A DNA stretch of 64,000 nucleotides from NCBI GenBank assembly GCA_963842525.1, contig CAWJGT010000004.1, forward strand, positions 160,001-224,000. Reading direction: 5' to 3'. The notes below the pieces were generated by a model. That model did no database searches, was not told the origin of the DNA, and saw nothing but the letters and a program-made list of their open reading frames with translations. Numbering within the stretch: position 1 is the first letter of the stretch; every line of letters starts with the position of its first letter. Position numbers and translations under genes: made by a program. Positions 19,216-29,102 of this stretch are shown here, piece by piece. Source of the DNA: an uncultured Holophagales bacterium. Its GTDB lineage: Bacteria; Acidobacteriota; Thermoanaerobaculia; Multivoradales; UBA5704.

Positions 19216-21306
19216 CTATTCGTGCTCTTCCTGCCGGTGCTTCTGGTATTCGGCCACCAGCTTGTCCTGCACCAGACGGGGGACCTCCTCGTAATGTGAG
19301 AACTCCATGTGGAAGCTCGACCGGCCCTGGGTCATGGCGCGCAGGATGCGGGCGTATTCGAGCATCTCCGACATCGGGACCATGGCCTGGATGACCTGGT
19401 TCCCGTTGACCGTGTCCATGCCCTGGGGACGGCCGCGGCGGTGCGACAGGTCGCCCATGATGTCGCCGGTGTACTCGTCCGAGGTTGTGATCTCGACCTT
19501 CATGATCGGCTCGAGGATGGTCGGCTTGGCCTTCTGCATGGCGTCCTTGAACGCCAGCGAGCCGGCGATCTTGAAGGCGAGCTCGGAGGAGTCGACGTCG
19601 TGGTACTGGCCGTCGAGCAGGCGCACCTTGAAATCGACCATCGGATAGCCGGCGAGGTAGCCGCGGCGGCGCGCCTCCTGGATGCCCTTCTCGACCGCGG
19701 GCCGGTAGTTCTGCGGGATCGCGCCGCCGAAGATCTCGTCGGCGAAGGAGAAGTCCTCGCCGCGCGCCAGCGGCTCGACCTTGATCCTGCAATCGGCGAA
19801 CTGGCCGCGCCCGCCGGTCTGTTTCTTGTGCCGGCCGTGCCCGTCCGCCGCCGCCAGGATCGTCTCGCGATAGGGGACCTTGGGCGGATGGAGGATGACC
19901 TCGACGTGGTAGCGGCGCTTGATCTTGGAGACGGCGATCTCGATGTGGAGCTGGCCGGTGCCCGAGAGCAGGTGATCGTGGCTCTCCGGGTCGCGCCCGG
20001 CCTTGAGCGACGGGTCTTCCTCGACCAGCCGGGTCAGGGCCTCGCCGATCTTCTCTTCGTCGCCCTTGGACTTGGGCTCGATGGCGAAGGCCATGGCCGG
20101 CTCGGGGATGCTGACCCAATCCACCTTGATGGGCCGGTCCTTGCCGCAGAGCGTGTCGCCTGTGGCGGTGAGCTTGAGCTTGGCCACGCCGCCGATGTCG
20201 CCGGCGACCAGGCGGGGCACCTGGGTCCCCTGCTTGCCCTGGAGGACCATCAGGTGGCCGAGCCGCTCCATTTCCTCGGCGCGGCTGTTGTACTCCGCGG
20301 TGTCCGCGGGCAGCGTGCCGGAGACCACGCGCAGCAGCGAGATCTTGCCGGTGAAGGGGTCGGAGAAGGTCTTGAACACCAGCGCGGCAAGCGGCCCGGC
20401 CGGGTCGGCGGCCAGCTCGAGCGCCTCGCCGCCCAGGTTGCGGGCCGGGAAAGGTGCACGCTCGGCGGGGGAGGGGAGCAGGGCGAGGAAGCTGTCGAGC
20501 AGGGCCGAGGAGCCGATGCCATGGCCGCCGGCCGAGAGGGTCAGCGGGAAGATCTGGCGGCGTGTCACGGCGGCCCGCAGGCCGGCTTCCAGGTCCTCCT
20601 GCGACAGCGCGCCGCTCTCGAAGAAGCCCTCCATCAGCTTGTCGTCGGTCTCCGCCACGGCCTCGATGAGCTGGCCGCGCAGGGTGGCCGCCTGGGCGGC
20701 GACCTCCGCAGGGATGTCGATCGGCTCGGCCTTGCCGTTGCCGTCCCGGGTGAAGCGGTATGCCTTCTCGTGGACGAGGTCGACGACTCCCTCGAACCCG
20801 TGCTCGCGCCCGATGGGGATCTGGACCGGGAGGACCGTCCGTCCGAAGCGCTTCTGCACGTTCTCGAGGGTGCGGTCGAGGTCGGCCCGCTCGCGGTCCA
20901 TCTTGGTGAGGTGGACCATGACCGGCAGGCCGATCTCCTCGGCGAAGGCCCAGACCTTTTCGGTGTTGACCTCGACGCCCGCCACGCCGTTGACGCAGAG
21001 GAGCAGGGTGTCGGCGGCGCGCATCGCGCATTTGGCTTCGGAGAAGAAGATGCCGTAGCCGGGGGAGTCGAGGAGGTTGACCTTGTGCTGCTGCCACGGG
21101 ACGAAGCAGGGGGCGAGCCCGATGGAGATGCCGCGTTCGGCTTCCTCGGGGTCGAAGTCGGTCAGGGTGTTGCCGTCCTCCACCCGGGTGAACCGCGTGG
21201 TCACTCCGCCGGTGTGCAGCAGGGCGCTGACCAGGGTGGTCTTTCCGGTGTCGTTGTGTCCCGCGACGGCGATGTTGCGGATCTTTTCCGGCCTGTCCAC
21301 CTGCAT
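19216..21306 (-). CDS. fusA: Elongation factor G paralog (EFG II / EF-G2 type)
   Basis: GHNDTGKTT, ERGISI, DSPGY, EEDPSL, GQLHIE, HKKQTGGRGQFA, YHDVDSSELAF, LRAMTQGR. Not located in a str operon. Confidence 0.93.
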   Translation of the reverse strand: MQVDRPEKIRNIAVAGHNDTGKTTLVSALLHTGGVTTRFTRVEDGNTLTDFDPEEAERGISIGLAPCFVPWQQHKVNLLDSPGYGIFFSEAKCAMRAADTLLLCVNGVAGVEVNTEKVWAFAEEIGLPVMVHLTKMDRERADLDRTLENVQKRFGRTVLPVQIPIGREHGFEGVVDLVHEKAYRFTRDGNGKAEPIDIPAEVAAQAATLRGQLIEAVAETDDKLMEGFFESGALSQEDLEAGLRAAVTRRQIFPLTLSAGGHGIGSSALLDSFLALLPSPAERAPFPARNLGGEALELAADPAGPLAALVFKTFSDPFTGKISLLRVVSGTLPADTAEYNSRAEEMERLGHLMVLQGKQGTQVPRLVAGDIGGVAKLKLTATGDTLCGKDRPIKVDWVSIPEPAMAFAIEPKSKGDEEKIGEALTRLVEEDPSLKAGRDPESHDHLLSGTGQLHIEIAVSKIKRRYHVEVILHPPKVPYRETILAAADGHGRHKKQTGGRGQFADCRIKVEPLARGEDFSFADEIFGGAIPQNYRPAVEKGIQEARRRGYLAGYPMVDFKVRLLDGQYHDVDSSELAFKIAGSLAFKDAMQKAKPTILEPIMKVEITTSDEYTGDIMGDLSHRRGRPQGMDTVNGNQVIQAMVPMSEMLEYARILRAMTQGRSSFHMEFSHYEEVPRLVQDKLVAEYQKHRQEEHE

Positions 21307-21431
21307 ATGTTCAAGCCTCCATCAGGTCTCGGTCCAAGGCGCGACAATATACCATAGGGCGGCGGCCCGGGGCGGTGGCCGCAATTCCGCCTTAACTCCA
21401 AACCCCTCTAGGATTTAATCCCGCCGGTGGT

Positions 21432-21460
21432 TTGACTCGCGGGAGCCGGCGGCCTAGAAT
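21432..21460 (+). promoter_or_regulatory. sigma70 promoter of the downstream kinase gene
   Basis: TTGACT-N17-TAGAAT, ending 13 nt before ATG 21474. Confidence 0.75.
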
Positions 21461-21473
21461 CTGCCGAGGTCCC

Positions 21474-23396
21474 ATGTTACCGCTGACTCCACCCAGGCTC
21501 GGCCGCTACGAAATCGTCGACGAGATCGGCAAGGGCGCCATGGGTGTGGTCTACCTGGCCCGGGACCCGCTCATCGGCCGCCTGGTGGCCCTGAAGACGT
21601 TCCGCATCGGGTACTCGATCAAGGATGCGGAGCTGGAGCAGTTCCGCGCCCGTTTCATCCGCGAGGCGCAGAGCGCCGGCATCCTGAGCCATCCCAACAT
21701 CGTCACCATCCACGACGTGGTCGAGGATTCCGGCGACGGTATGGCCTTCATCGCCATGGAGTACGTCCGCGGGACCAACCTCAAGGCGCTGCTCCAGGGA
21801 GACCAGCCGCTGTCGCTGCAGTTCGTCGCCGACGTGATCTCCCAGGTGGCCGAAGCCCTCGACTACGCGCATTCCCACAAGGTGGTGCACCGGGACGTCA
21901 AGCCGGCGAACATCCTGATCACGGCGGACAACCGGGTCAAGATCACCGACTTCGGCATCGCGCGGCTCGACACCTCGAACCTCACCCAGGAGGGACAGCT
22001 CCTCGGGACGCCCAACTACATGGCGCCCGAGCAGATCCAGGGCAAGGAGGTGGACCACCGCGCCGACCTCTTCGCCCTCGGCGTGGTGCTCTACGAGCTG
22101 CTCACCCGCCACAAGCCGTTCCAGGGCGAGAACCTGACGGTGGTGAGCCACCGGATCGTCTACGACCACTTCACGCCGCCCAAGGACTACGTGCGCGAGT
22201 TGCCGCCCGGGTTGGAGCCGATCCTCACCCGGGCGCTGGAGAAGGACCCGGCGCGCCGGTACCCCCGGGCGCGTGACATGGTGGAAGACCTCCGCCGGGT
22301 GGCCGGCCGGCTCTCCAGCGCGGAGCTGAACGAGACCCAGAGCATCTCCGCGATGGCGCCGATCCTGGTGCCGCCGCCTCCGCTGCCAGGGCCCGGCACC
22401 CTCGCCGGGGCTGCGCAGGCGGCTCCGGCCCGTGCCGCGGCAGCTCCGCGGCCGGCGCGGCCACGGCCGCCGTTCTCGCTGCGCCGGGCCGCCCTGGCCG
22501 GCGTCCTCGCCGCGGTCCTCACGCTGACGCTCGGTGCCGGGGTGCTCCTCGCCCTGGCCTGGACGTCGCCCCCCGTGGACTACAACGCAGCCGAGGAGGC
22601 GGTCCGCACCGAATTCCTGGCGGCGGTCCGCACGGGGCATGAGCGCAGGGCGGCGGGCGATCCGGTGCGGGCGGCCCAGCATTATCGCCGTGCCGAGCAG
22701 CTCGCTCCCGGCAAGCCCAAGCTGAGCCGACTGCGCCAGCGTGCCGAGGCCGAGGCGCAGGCGTCACCCCTTCTCGCCGAGACGCAGCGGCGAATCGTGG
22801 CGAAGCTCTTCGAAGCGCAGCGGGCGATGAAGGACCGCCGGTTTGAGCAGGCCATCACGGCCGCCAACGACGCCATTGCCCTCGATCTGAGTATTCCGGA
22901 GGCCCATTTCATTCTGGCGGCAGCCCAGACGGCGCAGGCGGACATGCGGATGCGGGCTGCCAGGGACCGCAGTCAGCGCCCGCTGCCCGAGCAGTCGGCC
23001 ACGGCGACCGAGCTGACGCCGGCGCCCATTGCGGCCAGCCCGGAGCCGGCCTCCGAAGCCGCGGCTGCTCAGGAGGCAGTCCTGCGGGTTAACGTCGAAA
23101 CCGACATCCCCGCCGATGTGCGCGTGCAGGTCGGCGGCAGAATGCTCTTTCGGAAGCAGGTGGGAGAGAAGGGCGGTTTTCTCGGCCGCAAGAAGGCGAA
23201 GGGCGGCTACTTCGATCAGAGCTATCAGGTGCAGACCGGCAGCAACCAGGTCGTCAAGGTCTGGATCACGCCCCTGACGCCACCGGGCCAGAGCGCTCAG
23301 TACAAGATCCTGGAAGGGAACTTCCCGGGTGGCGCCAGTCGCGATCTCGAGATCCGCCTCCCGGCGTCGGGCCCGGCCTCGGCCCATCTGCGATAA
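21474..23396 (+). CDS. Membrane Ser/Thr protein kinase with extracytoplasmic TPR-like and beta domain
   Basis: IGKGAMGVV, VALK, HRDVKPAN, DFG and APE motifs; TM helix; helical repeats after the TM. Confidence 0.92.
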   Translation: MLPLTPPRLGRYEIVDEIGKGAMGVVYLARDPLIGRLVALKTFRIGYSIKDAELEQFRARFIREAQSAGILSHPNIVTIHDVVEDSGDGMAFIAMEYVRGTNLKALLQGDQPLSLQFVADVISQVAEALDYAHSHKVVHRDVKPANILITADNRVKITDFGIARLDTSNLTQEGQLLGTPNYMAPEQIQGKEVDHRADLFALGVVLYELLTRHKPFQGENLTVVSHRIVYDHFTPPKDYVRELPPGLEPILTRALEKDPARRYPRARDMVEDLRRVAGRLSSAELNETQSISAMAPILVPPPPLPGPGTLAGAAQAAPARAAAAPRPARPRPPFSLRRAALAGVLAAVLTLTLGAGVLLALAWTSPPVDYNAAEEAVRTEFLAAVRTGHERRAAGDPVRAAQHYRRAEQLAPGKPKLSRLRQRAEAEAQASPLLAETQRRIVAKLFEAQRAMKDRRFEQAITAANDAIALDLSIPEAHFILAAAQTAQADMRMRAARDRSQRPLPEQSATATELTPAPIAASPEPASEAAAAQEAVLRVNVETDIPADVRVQVGGRMLFRKQVGEKGGFLGRKKAKGGYFDQSYQVQTGSNQVVKVWITPLTPPGQSAQYKILEGNFPGGASRDLEIRLPASGPASAHLR

Positions 23397-23403
23397 CGTC
23401 TCC

Positions 23404-24777
23404 TCAGGCGGCGGGCGTCCGCGGCCAGACTGTCACCGCGCCCATCCCTTCGAATTGCGGTACGAGGGTCTCGGCCGGACCCACCGCCACGACGGCGGTG
23501 TGATCGGGATGGAGGTTCCGGCGCGCCACCTCCAGGAGCTCTTCGCGAGTGACGCCGGCGATCCGTTCCAGGTACTGGTCGTAGTAGTTGTCGGCCAGCC
23601 CGTAGACCGCCAGGGTCTCCAGCCGCTTCGCAACCTCTCCGATCGTCTGGAACGTATAGGGGAAGACCCCGAGGATGTAGCTGCGGGTCTCGTCCAGCTC
23701 CCACGGCTCGACAGGCTCCTCGCGGATCCGCCGCAGCTCGAACAGGACCTCCGCGGCGGCGGCGCCCGCCGACTCGGTGGCGACCGCCGCGTCCACCACG
23801 AAGGGCCCGGGCCCCCGGCGCGCCGAGAAGCGGCTCGTCACCCCGTAGGTGTAGCCGTGCCGCTCCCGCAGGTTGAGGTTGATCCGGCTGGTGAACTTGC
23901 CACCGAGCAGGGCGTTGAGCGCGATCAGCGGGATGTAGTCGGGGTTCTTGCGCGACACGCCGGCATGGCCCAGGCGCAGCTCGGTCTGGGCGGCGCCGGG
24001 CCGGTCCACCACGTGGATCGAGACCCCTTCCAGGGGTGCGGGTTGGATGTCGGGCGGCGGCGGCGGCTCCGCCGGAAGCTCCTGGAACCGCCCTTCCACC
24101 CGGCGCAGCAGGTCCTCCGGATCCAGGTCGCCCACCGCGATCAGCACCGCACCCTGCCGGGTGTAGTGCCGCTGGTAGAAGGCGACCAGCGCCTCGCGGT
24201 CCAGTGCGCTCACGCCCGCTTCGGTGCCGAGGATCGGATGGGCATAGACCGTCCCACGGTAGATCACCTCGGTGAGCTTCTCGTCCGCCAGCGTGGAGGG
24301 GTCGTGGCCGCGGCGCAGGATCTCGGCGAGGCGCTGCTTGCGGAGCCGTTCGACCTCGCGCTCCGGGAACGTGGGCTCGGTGGCGACCTCGGTCAGCAGC
24401 TCCAGGCCCGCCTCGAGGTGCCGTGCCAGGAGGCCGGACGCGAGGTAGCCCTCGTCCCAGTCGGCGCCGCTCGCAAAGTAGCCGCCGAGCTGCTCGATCC
24501 AGGAGGCGATCTCCATGGAGCTGCGCTGGCGCGTCCCTTCGTCGATCACCGAGGCGGTGAGCGTGGCGAGCCCCGCCTTTCCCGGCAGGTCGTGCTGCGC
24601 GCCCGCGGGGAACACGAGGTCCAGGCTGATCAGGGGGACCGCCGGTTGATGGGCGGCGAGCACCTCCAGCCCCGAGGGCAGCTTCCGGCGCAGGAAAGGA
24701 GGGAAGCTGAACGGCCGGAGCCGGCCCGCGGCCGGGGGCTGCGACCGGTCGAGGAGAGATCTCTTCACAGCGTTCAT
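23404..24777 (-). CDS. M16 peptidase, non-catalytic subunit
   Basis: M16 fold without HxxEH (GLATLTASVIDEGT); SRINLNLRERHGYTY. Confidence 0.88.
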   Translation of the reverse strand: MNAVKRSLLDRSQPPAAGRLRPFSFPPFLRRKLPSGLEVLAAHQPAVPLISLDLVFPAGAQHDLPGKAGLATLTASVIDEGTRQRSSMEIASWIEQLGGYFASGADWDEGYLASGLLARHLEAGLELLTEVATEPTFPEREVERLRKQRLAEILRRGHDPSTLADEKLTEVIYRGTVYAHPILGTEAGVSALDREALVAFYQRHYTRQGAVLIAVGDLDPEDLLRRVEGRFQELPAEPPPPPDIQPAPLEGVSIHVVDRPGAAQTELRLGHAGVSRKNPDYIPLIALNALLGGKFTSRINLNLRERHGYTYGVTSRFSARRGPGPFVVDAAVATESAGAAAAEVLFELRRIREEPVEPWELDETRSYILGVFPYTFQTIGEVAKRLETLAVYGLADNYYDQYLERIAGVTREELLEVARRNLHPDHTAVVAVGPAETLVPQFEGMGAVTVWPRTPAA

Positions 24778-26063
24778 GCCGCGGGGCTCCGCGGCACCAC
24801 CCGCAGCACCACCCGCTCCGATTCGTTCCAGCAGCGCGCCGCGTAGTCCATCAGCTCCGCGGCCTCGAGCTCGAGATAACGGTCCGCCTCTCCAACCACC
24901 CCGGCGGGGTCGTCGAAATAGGTGGCGAACTGCGAGAAGAGATCGGCCCGGTTGTCCAGCTTCTGGAGGGCGCCGAAGTACTCGGTCAGCATCCGGTTGC
25001 GCGCCCGCTCGACCTCCGCGGCGGAGGGAGGCTCGGACGCCGCCCGCCCCATATGGTCCAGCAGGGCCTCCTCGACGGTCTCGATCGGCACGCCGGGGCG
25101 CGCAGTGGCGATCACCATGGAGGTCGCGACCTCTTCATAGGGGCTGATGTAGGCGACCACGTCCTGGGCGATCTGCCGCTCGTAGACCAGGTCCCGGTAG
25201 AGCCGGCTCGACTTGCCGCCGGAGAGCACCGCCGTGAGGAGGTCGGCGGCGTACCAGAGCCGCTCGCCGTAGGCCGGCCCGCGGGAGCCCACGTAGACAC
25301 GGGGGAGGTGGACGTCGTCCTCCAGGACCTCCCGCGTCTCGCCGCCGAGGGGCCGGTCCGGGACCTCGATCCGGGGGATGGGCAGCCCGGCCGGGATCTC
25401 CCCGAAGTAGCGCCCCACCTTCTCCAGGGCCTCGACGGGATCGAAGTCCCCGGCCAGGGTCAGGACCGCGTTGTTGGGCGCGTAGTAGGTCCGGAAGAAG
25501 GTCTGCATCTCCTCCACGGTGGCGGCGGCGATGTCCTCCATGTAGCCGATGACCGGCCAGTGGTAGGGGTGGTCCGGCGGATAGAGCAACTCGTGAAGGC
25601 GCTCGCCGGCGCGGCCGTAGGGCTGGTTCTCCACCCGCTGGCGCCGCTCGTTCATGACCACGTCGCGTTGCGTGTCGAGCTTCTCCTGGGTGAGGGCGGG
25701 GAGGAGGAAGCCCATGCGGTCCGCCTCCAGCCAGAGCCCGAGGTCCAGGTGATGGGCCGGCAGGACCTCGTAGAAGTTGGTGCGGTCGTACCAGGTCGAG
25801 CCGTTGGCGACGCCTCCGACCTGCTGGATCAGTTGGAAATGGCCGTGCGTGCCGACGTGCTGGCTGCCCTGGAAGAGCATGTGCTCGAACAGATGGGCGA
25901 AACCGGTACGGCCCGGCCGCTCGTTCTTGGAGCCGACGTGATACCAGAGGTTGACCGCCACCAGGGGGAGCGTGGTGTCACGGTGCAGGATGACCCGCAG
26001 GCCGTTGCCCAGGGTGTGCTGCTGGAAGGCGAGGTCGAGCTCGGATGTCGTGGAGAGACTCAT
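24774..26063 (-). CDS. M16 zinc peptidase, catalytic subunit
   Basis: GFAHLFEHMLFQGS (HxxEH), NGST, YYAPNNA; 4-bp overlap with its partner. Confidence 0.92.
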   Translation of the reverse strand: MSLSTTSELDLAFQQHTLGNGLRVILHRDTTLPLVAVNLWYHVGSKNERPGRTGFAHLFEHMLFQGSQHVGTHGHFQLIQQVGGVANGSTWYDRTNFYEVLPAHHLDLGLWLEADRMGFLLPALTQEKLDTQRDVVMNERRQRVENQPYGRAGERLHELLYPPDHPYHWPVIGYMEDIAAATVEEMQTFFRTYYAPNNAVLTLAGDFDPVEALEKVGRYFGEIPAGLPIPRIEVPDRPLGGETREVLEDDVHLPRVYVGSRGPAYGERLWYAADLLTAVLSGGKSSRLYRDLVYERQIAQDVVAYISPYEEVATSMVIATARPGVPIETVEEALLDHMGRAASEPPSAAEVERARNRMLTEYFGALQKLDNRADLFSQFATYFDDPAGVVGEADRYLELEAAELMDYAARCWNESERVVLRVVPRSPAA

Positions 26064-26191
26064 GGTGGCAGGGTACGGCAGGCAAGGCGATACCCGGAGC
26101 GTGGCAGTGTATTGAGGCGCTGGAGAAAGTGCAACCTCGCCTCCGGGCCTATATAGGAGTGCCTCGCGGCCTCACGTCGAGCCGCCCTGCC

Positions 26192-26292
26192 GCCCGGGCA
26201 TGAATGCCCGGGCTATGAACAGCGCCGGGTGAACCCGGCTTCAAGCCCCATTGATGGGGCGCTGTTGCTAGCCCGGCGATTCATCGCCGGGC
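26192..26292. repeat. Multi-hairpin REP-like element
   Basis: Consecutive palindromes GCCCGGGCATGAATGCCCGGGC, GCCGGGTGAACCCGGC, GCCCCATTGATGGGGC and GCCCGGCGATTCATCGCCGGGC. Confidence 0.7.
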
Positions 26293-26298
26293 TTTCTC

Positions 26299-26820
26299 TC
26301 ACCCCGGCGGCCGGAGCGGTGGGCGTGGCCTCTCCGGCGGTGTAGCGCTCGGCTGCTGGCGGGTCGTCCGGCGGCGGGTCCTTGCGGTGGGCCGCTGTTG
26401 CGGCGGGTCGGTCTCTCCTCCTTGCCAGGTGCCGGCGGCGTCCCAGAGCGGCTCGTGGCGCAGGGTCCGCAGGCGGACCAGCAGCTCCTGGGATTGGTTG
26501 AGCACCTTCTGGGCGAAGGCTGTTCGCGATGCCGCGTCGTAGAAGACCCGGGCGCGAATGCGGTCGCCGACCTTGACCGTAAAGCCGAGGTCCGAGAGCA
26601 CCGGAGCAGGAGCGACCAGCACGCGGATTCCCCCTTCGGCGGTCTGCACCTCGAGGCTGACCAGCGGCAGCTTTCCCTCCCCGGCGGCCTCGCCGACCGC
26701 GGTCACCGTTCCCTCGAACGTGCGGAGGGCGGTGGTACCGCCTGCCGGAGCGGGTGCCTGTCCGGCGGGTGGGCCGGCCAGCAGCAGGCCGGCGACCAGG
26801 AGGGCGGAGGCCGTCGTCAT
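26299..26820 (-). CDS. Secreted OB-fold-like protein
   Basis: Signal peptide MTTASALLVAGLLLAG; FEGTV...VLVAP...LGFTVKVGDRIRA...LRTLRHEPLW; 4-bp overlap with the upstream gene. Confidence 0.65.
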   Translation of the reverse strand: MTTASALLVAGLLLAGPPAGQAPAPAGGTTALRTFEGTVTAVGEAAGEGKLPLVSLEVQTAEGGIRVLVAPAPVLSDLGFTVKVGDRIRARVFYDAASRTAFAQKVLNQSQELLVRLRTLRHEPLWDAAGTWQGGETDPPQQRPTARTRRRTTRQQPSATPPERPRPPLRPPG

Positions 26821-27699
26821 TCCCTGCGGTCCCTCCCGGGCATGCGGCCCCAGGCCTCGGTCGCGGAGCCGGGGGCGGCTAGGGAGACGCCGAGGACGAA
26901 CCCGACCTCCTTGTCCGCGCCGGTCAGGCCGAGGGTGGCCGCGGCGCGCCAGGACCGGCTGCCTGCGCCGCGCACGCCGATTCCGAGGGCGCTCCGCGAG
27001 CCGGTACCGGCCTGCACGGCGCCGTGCCCCTCCAGCCAGAGAGAGCCGCGCAGCCCGTGCCAGGGCTCGCTCTCGACGCCGAGGAGGCCGTCCGGCACGT
27101 CGCGCAGCTCGATCCGCTCCGGATCGCCGAGCCGGTTGTAGCCGGCGCCGGCGAAGAGGGTGGCGGACCAGAAGCGGCGCTCGCCGAGGAGCCCCAGGCG
27201 CGCGTCCCATTCCCCGGTCCCCAGGCCCGCGCGCTCGTTCCCGGTGGGTGCCTTGACGTCCAGCTCGGCGGCGGTGCGGAAGAGCCGGGCGCCCCCGCCG
27301 CCGAGGCTCCTGGAGGACCCGCAGCCGCACGTCCCCCACGCCGGACTCCCAGTCGCCGGGCACCTGGCGTTGCAGGTTGCGGTTGCCCCGGGCCAGGGCA
27401 TTGAGCACCCGCGGCGACGGGCCGAGGACGACATAGAGAGGCTGCGACGAGCGGGCACGGATCGCGGGCACCTCCAGCCGCAGGCTCAGGTCCCTCCGGG
27501 TCAGCAGCTCCAGGCCGAGCGTCACCGAGCTGGCTTCGAAGGTTCGCTGCTCGGCGAACGTGGCCGACAGGTGCTCCGCGTCCACGTCGAGCCGGAGGTC
27601 GGCCGCCGTGCACCGCGGGGCCGCGGCGAGGAGCAGGGCTGCGGCGATTTCCAGCCATCCCTTCCCCCTCCGGACATTCCTTTCGATCTCCATGGTCAT
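26817..27699 (-). CDS. Outer-membrane beta-barrel/transporter-like protein (frameshift near 27310)
   Basis: Signal peptide; ESGVGDVRL, then after the shift VKAPTGNERAGLGTGEWD and alternating amphipathic strands. Confidence 0.65.
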
Positions 27700-29102
27700 C
27701 CTCCTCCCTCGTCCTCACCCTCGTCGTCGCGGGCGCAGCGAAGCCCGAGCTTCCTCATCTTGTAGCGCAGCGCGCGCTCGGAGATCCCGAGCCGCACGGC
27801 CGCGCGGGACTGGTGGCCCTCCTCCAGGGCCAGCGCCTTCTCGATGGCGGCGTGCTCCAGGGCCGCCACCCGGCGCGGCAGAGGGGCGTCCTCTCCGCAA
27901 TCGCCGTTGCGGTCGGTCCCCGGCGCGCGGCCGTCGAGCTCGGGCGGCAGGTCTGCCGTGGTCACGAGGTCGCCCCGGGCGAGCACGAGGCTGCGCTGGA
28001 CGATGTTCTCGAGCTGGCGGACATTGCCCGGGTAGTCGTAGGCGATGAGGCGGTCCATGGCCTCGCGGGAGACCTGCCGCCGCGCTCCCACCGCGGCGGC
28101 GTAGCGGGTCAGGAAATGATCGACCAGCAGCGGGATGTCGGCGCGGCGCCGGCGCAAGGGCGGGACCTCCAGGGTGACCACGGCGAGCCGGTAGTAGAGG
28201 TCGTCCCGGAAGCGGCCCGCCGTCACCTCGGCGGGGAGGTCGCGGTGCGTGGCCGCCACGATCCGCACGTCCACCGGGACCGGCTCGGCGGCGCCGACCC
28301 GTTCGATGGACCCCTCCTGGAGCACGCGCAGGAGCTTCACCTGCATCTCCGGCGGCAGGTCGCCCACCTCGTCGAGGAAGAACGTGCCGCCGGAGGCGAT
28401 CTCGAAACGCCCCTTGCGAGACCGGTCGGCGCCGGTGAAGGCGCCCTTCTCGTGACCGAAGAGCTCGCTTTCGAGGAGAGTCGGGGAGAGGGAGGCGCCG
28501 TTGACCGCCACAAAGGGGCCGGCGGCGCGCGGGCTCGCGGCGTGGAGGGCGCGGGCGATCAGCTCCTTGCCGGTCCCGCTCTCGCCGAGGACCAACACCG
28601 GCACCCGGGAGGGAGCCACGCGCGCCACGGTCGAGAGGATCTCGGCCATGGTGCCGCCGGCGGTGACGATCCCCGGCAGCGATTCGATCTGGCCCACCCG
28701 GAGCCGCAGCTCCCGGTTCTCCCGCCGCAGGTGCCGGCGCTCCACGGCCAGCCGCAGCACGTGCTCGACCTCGTCCAGGTCCAGCGGCTTCAAGAGATAG
28801 TCGGCCGCGCCCTCCTTGAGGCACGAGACCGCGTCGGGGACCGTGGCATAGGCGGTGACGATCACCACTTCGACCTCGGGGTTCGCCTCCTTGACCGCGC
28901 GCAGCAGCTCGCGGCCTCCCATCCGGGGCATGCGGACATCCGTCAGGACCACGTCCGGCAGGCTCCGCCGGACCAGGTCCAGCGCCTGCCGGCCGTCCCC
29001 GGCTTCCAGCACCTCGGCGTCCAGATCGCGCAGGAAGCCGGCCAGCACGCCGCGCTGGGCCGGCTCGTCGTCCACCACCAGGATGCGCGCCGCGAGCCTC
29101 AT
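27696..29102 (-). CDS. sigma54-dependent response regulator (NtrC/ZraR/AtoC family)
   Basis: Receiver domain (ILVVDDE, TDVRMP), [31 protein letters not shown]-terminal Fis HTH. Confidence 0.95.
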   Translation of the reverse strand: MRLAARILVVDDEPAQRGVLAGFLRDLDAEVLEAGDGRQALDLVRRSLPDVVLTDVRMPRMGGRELLRAVKEANPEVEVVIVTAYATVPDAVSCLKEGAADYLLKPLDLDEVEHVLRLAVERRHLRRENRELRLRVGQIESLPGIVTAGGTMAEILSTVARVAPSRVPVLVLGESGTGKELIARALHAASPRAAGPFVAVNGASLSPTLLESELFGHEKGAFTGADRSRKGRFEIASGGTFFLDEVGDLPPEMQVKLLRVLQEGSIERVGAAEPVPVDVRIVAATHRDLPAEVTAGRFRDDLYYRLAVVTLEVPPLRRRRADIPLLVDHFLTRYAAAVGARRQVSREAMDRLIAYDYPGNVRQLENIVQRSLVLARGDLVTTADLPPELDGRAPGTDRNGDCGEDAPLPRRVAALEHAAIEKALALEEGHQSRAAVRLGISERALRYKMRKLGLRCARDDEGEDEGGG

